Notes under the pieces: generated by a model | Seen by the model: the letters and a program-made list of their open reading frames with translations, nothing else | The model's database searches: none | Told to the model about the DNA's origin: nothing | Program-made: the position numbers and the translations under genes | Part shown: piece after piece, positions 60,991 to 64,000 of the stretch | Numbering within the stretch: position 1 is the stretch's first letter | Layout of the letters: the number at the start of each line of letters is the position of its first letter | Origin: Nitrosopumilaceae archaeon | GTDB lineage: Archaea; Thermoproteota; Nitrososphaeria; Nitrososphaerales; Nitrosopumilaceae | NCBI GenBank assembly: GCA_965214835.1 | Contig: CBDCCK010000002.1 | Coordinates: 2,496,001 to 2,560,000 of the forward strand | Reading direction: 5' to 3' | DNA length: 64,000 nt

Positions 60991-61261
60991 CCGGCTTTGA
61001 GGACATCCCAGCAGATGTGCCGGATGCCGCGATTTTGCATGCTGGATCTGAAAACGCCCGGTTTTGCCCAGGTACCCCAAAATGCACATGCAGTGCAAAG
61101 TGGTCATGTGATGGGTGCATCATGTAGAGTGGCAAAAAACACAGATTTCGCGTTCCTGACTTAAAATTCCCATGGTAATTGATCTGATTTCGAGCCGCAT
61201 GACCGGGCGCAAGCCTGTGCAGTATCGTGTTTCCAGAGACTCCTGTTGCTGCAATCTGGGT

Positions 61262-63373
61262 CTAACGCACTTGTGACTTTATGCTCTTGGCAAGCTTGGC
61301 TCCGATCCTGCCTATCCGGGCCAGCCTTGCAGTCGAGACGCCCGGTATATCGGCGCGTGTTCTGATTCCCTGCCTGTACATCTGCCTTGCCCTTACGCGG
61401 CCAACGCCTTTTAGCGAGACAAGATCAGCTAGCTCCGCCTTTACCCCGTACCTGATCCTTTTACGCAGCATGCTCAGCTCTGCTGCAAGCTCCCTTTTGC
61501 CCAAATGTCTTGAAATTTCCCCCATGCACATGATCAGCCACTCGGATGTCTCAATCATCCTGTAAAGATCCCCCGACTCTACTGCAAACCTGTCAAATAT
61601 GTCCAATTCCCGCATCTCTGAGATCCAATTGTAGAGCACGAGCAGGCTGCGTGAGATCCGCTCCGTGTCATCCGGGACGGACTGTCCTAGAATACTGTAG
61701 GCATGTGCATAATCCCCATCCCTCATGTAAAACTTGGGAAAGAACACGTCTGATCCTGTTGCCATGACAAGAAAGTCCGTCGCGTTGGATCCGGGCTCCA
61801 TTGACAGCAGTCCGTCTCGGAATCTGGCTGCCGTCGCGGGATCGATGTACAGCAGCGAGATCTTTTGACCGAACGCCGTTGCCGCAAACCTTCCTCTGTT
61901 GGATGCTACCATCCCGTCTTTTTCCAAAAGACTTAGCGAATCGACGACGATGCGCCGGATTCTGGCCTCTCCAAACTCGATGCCGCCAAGCGTCTTGGAA
62001 AAGAATCCAATAATGCCGCTTTTGGTCATTCCGGCATCCGATGCTGCTACAAGGCCTAGAACATGCATGCTCATTGTGGATCCCTTGATCTTTGACTTGA
62101 TCGGCTCGGGCTTGCCACGAACATACTTGTCACGCAAATCATTGTTGTTTTCACGGCTTACCAGTATGGCCTCGCCATGATCGTCGTATTGCGGCCTACC
62201 TGCCCGGCCGCACAACTGCTTGTACTCTGCGATACTGATTGGCTTGTTGTATCCGGCACGAACATCGTACCGGCTCGCACTGGTTATGATGACGCGTCTG
62301 GCAGGAATGTTGATGCCGGCAGCCAGTGTCGGCGTTGACGAGATGAGCTTTATTCTCCCTCTCCGGAATCCGTCCTCCACTGCCTCCCGGCAGTTCTGGT
62401 TCAAACCGGCATGATGAAACGCCGCACCCTTGCCAATCACCCTTGCCAGCGTCTTTACCATGGGGGTTTTGTCATTATTTTGAAGCAACGAGTCTGATAT
62501 CTCCCTCAGGTGTCTCCTCTCCTCTGCTGAGATCGTTTTAGATATGGCATCGGCCACCTTCTCTGCAAATGATGCCGAGCGCGCCCTTGTCATGGCAAAG
62601 GACAGGACCTGCCCGCCCTGGGAAACCGCATCGATTCCAAGATCAGCGGCCGTGCCAAGGGTAGATCGTCTTATCTTGAACTTGCTGCCGTCATTCATTG
62701 TTACGGTGGTTCTGTAACAGGTACCCTCGATCAGCGGGACCGGCCTCCAGTCATCCGATACCAGTTTGGCGCCCATCCACTTTGCAATCTTGCCTGCGTT
62801 GGATACCGTGGCGCTCAGGCCCAGCAGCTGCGGCCTTGTTTCAGGCATCCTCATCATCTTTGTAAGCACGATCTCCAGTGCTGGGCCCCTGTCGGCATCA
62901 CCTACCAGGTGTATCTCGTCTGCTATGACAAGCCCTATCTGATCAATCCATTCCGGCCTGTGTCTTGTTATGGAATCGAGTCTTTCGTTGGTCATGACCA
63001 GCAGGTTTGCCCTGGCCATGGCAGTGTTTGGGGCGCTATAGTCACCAGTCGACATGACGGTGTTGATTTTCGTTTTAGAGTCTATTCTGCCCATCCTTTT
63101 GAACTCGCGATACTTTTCTGCTGCAAGCGCTCTAAGCGGACTGAGATAGATCGCCTTGCCGTGCCTATTTCTCATCAGATAGTTCAATATGGCAATCTCG
63201 GCAATCAGGGTTTTGCCCCCTGCCGTGGGGGCAGATACCATGATGTTCTTGCCCTTAAGCAGGCCTGCCCTGATGCTCTTTTCCTGCGGGGGGTAAAGAG
63301 ACTCGTATCCGGAGGAGTTTAGGAACTCTATGGCCTTTCTTGGCAGTTTTAGATCCGATATTTTCATGATCAT
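61262..63373 (-). CDS. hel308: Ski2-like DNA helicase Hel308/Hjm
   Basis: LYPPQ, APTAGGKT, DEIH, LSAT, AFHHAGL, TPTLAAGINIPA, GRAGRPQYD, GVGRVRAR. Confidence 0.9.
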   Translation of the reverse strand: MIMKISDLKLPRKAIEFLNSSGYESLYPPQEKSIRAGLLKGKNIMVSAPTAGGKTLIAEIAILNYLMRNRHGKAIYLSPLRALAAEKYREFKRMGRIDSKTKINTVMSTGDYSAPNTAMARANLLVMTNERLDSITRHRPEWIDQIGLVIADEIHLVGDADRGPALEIVLTKMMRMPETRPQLLGLSATVSNAGKIAKWMGAKLVSDDWRPVPLIEGTCYRTTVTMNDGSKFKIRRSTLGTAADLGIDAVSQGGQVLSFAMTRARSASFAEKVADAISKTISAEERRHLREISDSLLQNNDKTPMVKTLARVIGKGAAFHHAGLNQNCREAVEDGFRRGRIKLISSTPTLAAGINIPARRVIITSASRYDVRAGYNKPISIAEYKQLCGRAGRPQYDDHGEAILVSRENNNDLRDKYVRGKPEPIKSKIKGSTMSMHVLGLVAASDAGMTKSGIIGFFSKTLGGIEFGEARIRRIVVDSLSLLEKDGMVASNRGRFAATAFGQKISLLYIDPATAARFRDGLLSMEPGSNATDFLVMATGSDVFFPKFYMRDGDYAHAYSILGQSVPDDTERISRSLLVLYNWISEMRELDIFDRFAVESGDLYRMIETSEWLIMCMGEISRHLGKRELAAELSMLRKRIRYGVKAELADLVSLKGVGRVRARQMYRQGIRTRADIPGVSTARLARIGRIGAKLAKSIKSQVR

Positions 63374-63860
63374 TAGAGACTAGGTTACTATAATGATGTT
63401 TACGTATCCCAGCCAAGTGAAAAGTACCCTGAAATCGAGCAAAATCAAAAACTGGGCAAGAGGCGCAACGCCTCAGCAGCAAGGCAAAACAGCAAACCTT
63501 ACTTACACTTCACTTGGCTGATCCGGCAAGGAGGCGGCAGAATTAAAGTCATGATCCCCCTGGACAGGCATGAAAATTACAACTGCAGGCAAATGTACGC
63601 CTGATTGCTGCCTAGACAGGGGCCATCCTATTACATTCCGTTCAATCGTAAATTTTCAACTCGGGGAATATCCGTATTCCGGCCCTCGAAGATGCAACAG
63701 AACTCTAGGCAATAGCCTTGGCCTCGGGGATTGGCGTAATTCCACATGCTTGATATAATCTGAATATTTTTCTGAATTTCCACTCCCCTTGCATATAGTC
63801 CGTATGAAACCCGTGGTTTTTGGCAGTTCTGGTGAATCCGGCAGGCAGCACCGATCAGAT

Positions 63861-64000
63861 CTAGGGGCTGGGATCCGTGACCCTCCCCATGAACAGGATC
63901 GCGCCGCTCTCGTCGTCCTGTATGATGAAGACGAACGGGCGGTCTGCGATAAAGGGCACCGGCGGCGGTGGTGCTGAAATCATTGTGCCAACAACCGCAG
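63861..64000 (-). CDS. Serpin (serine protease inhibitor), C-terminal end; gene starts beyond the window
   Basis: [43 protein letters not shown] matches the serpin signature. Confidence 0.88.
   Translation of the reverse strand, partial: AVVGTMISAPPPPVPFIADRPFVFIIQDDESGAILFMGRVTDPSP

Overview
Archaeal chromosome segment, most likely Nitrosopumilaceae/Thaumarchaeota and possibly a host-associated lineage (inferred from aspS-gatCAB, Hel308, thaumarchaeal-type small proteins, a serpin and heavy IS decay). Left to right: (1) the 3' part of an AT-rich type I-G (I-U) CRISPR-Cas effector operon (cas3 with C-terminal HD, short cas8g, cas7/csb1, long csb2), with no array or cas1/cas2/cas4 in the window; (2) a defence-like stretch (UvrD/PD-(D/E)xK helicase-nuclease, PIN, TIR, toxin-antitoxin genes and relics); (3) a mobile-element-rich middle (IS630, ISH3 x2, IS5/ISL2 x2 plus relics, IS3, an IS66 relic, a SWIM/IS6-like transposase, IS481 and at least four MITE families); (4) housekeeping genes (aspS-gatCAB, acs, aminotransferase), then an AAA+ ATPase, SNF2-SWIM, thermonuclease, Hel308 and a serpin 3' end. 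Best observations: a 7.8 kb IS5/MITE hybrid composite transposon (27083-34865) that splits another IS5 transposase at a duplicated AAT and carries a DUF488 / OB-like / DUF5131 radical SAM / TcmP gene cluster; a CRISPR-like 35 bp repeat/38 bp spacer structure built from IS630 transposase coding sequence; and a Csb2 with two Cas6-like domains. All family calls come from motif recognition by eye, not database searches.
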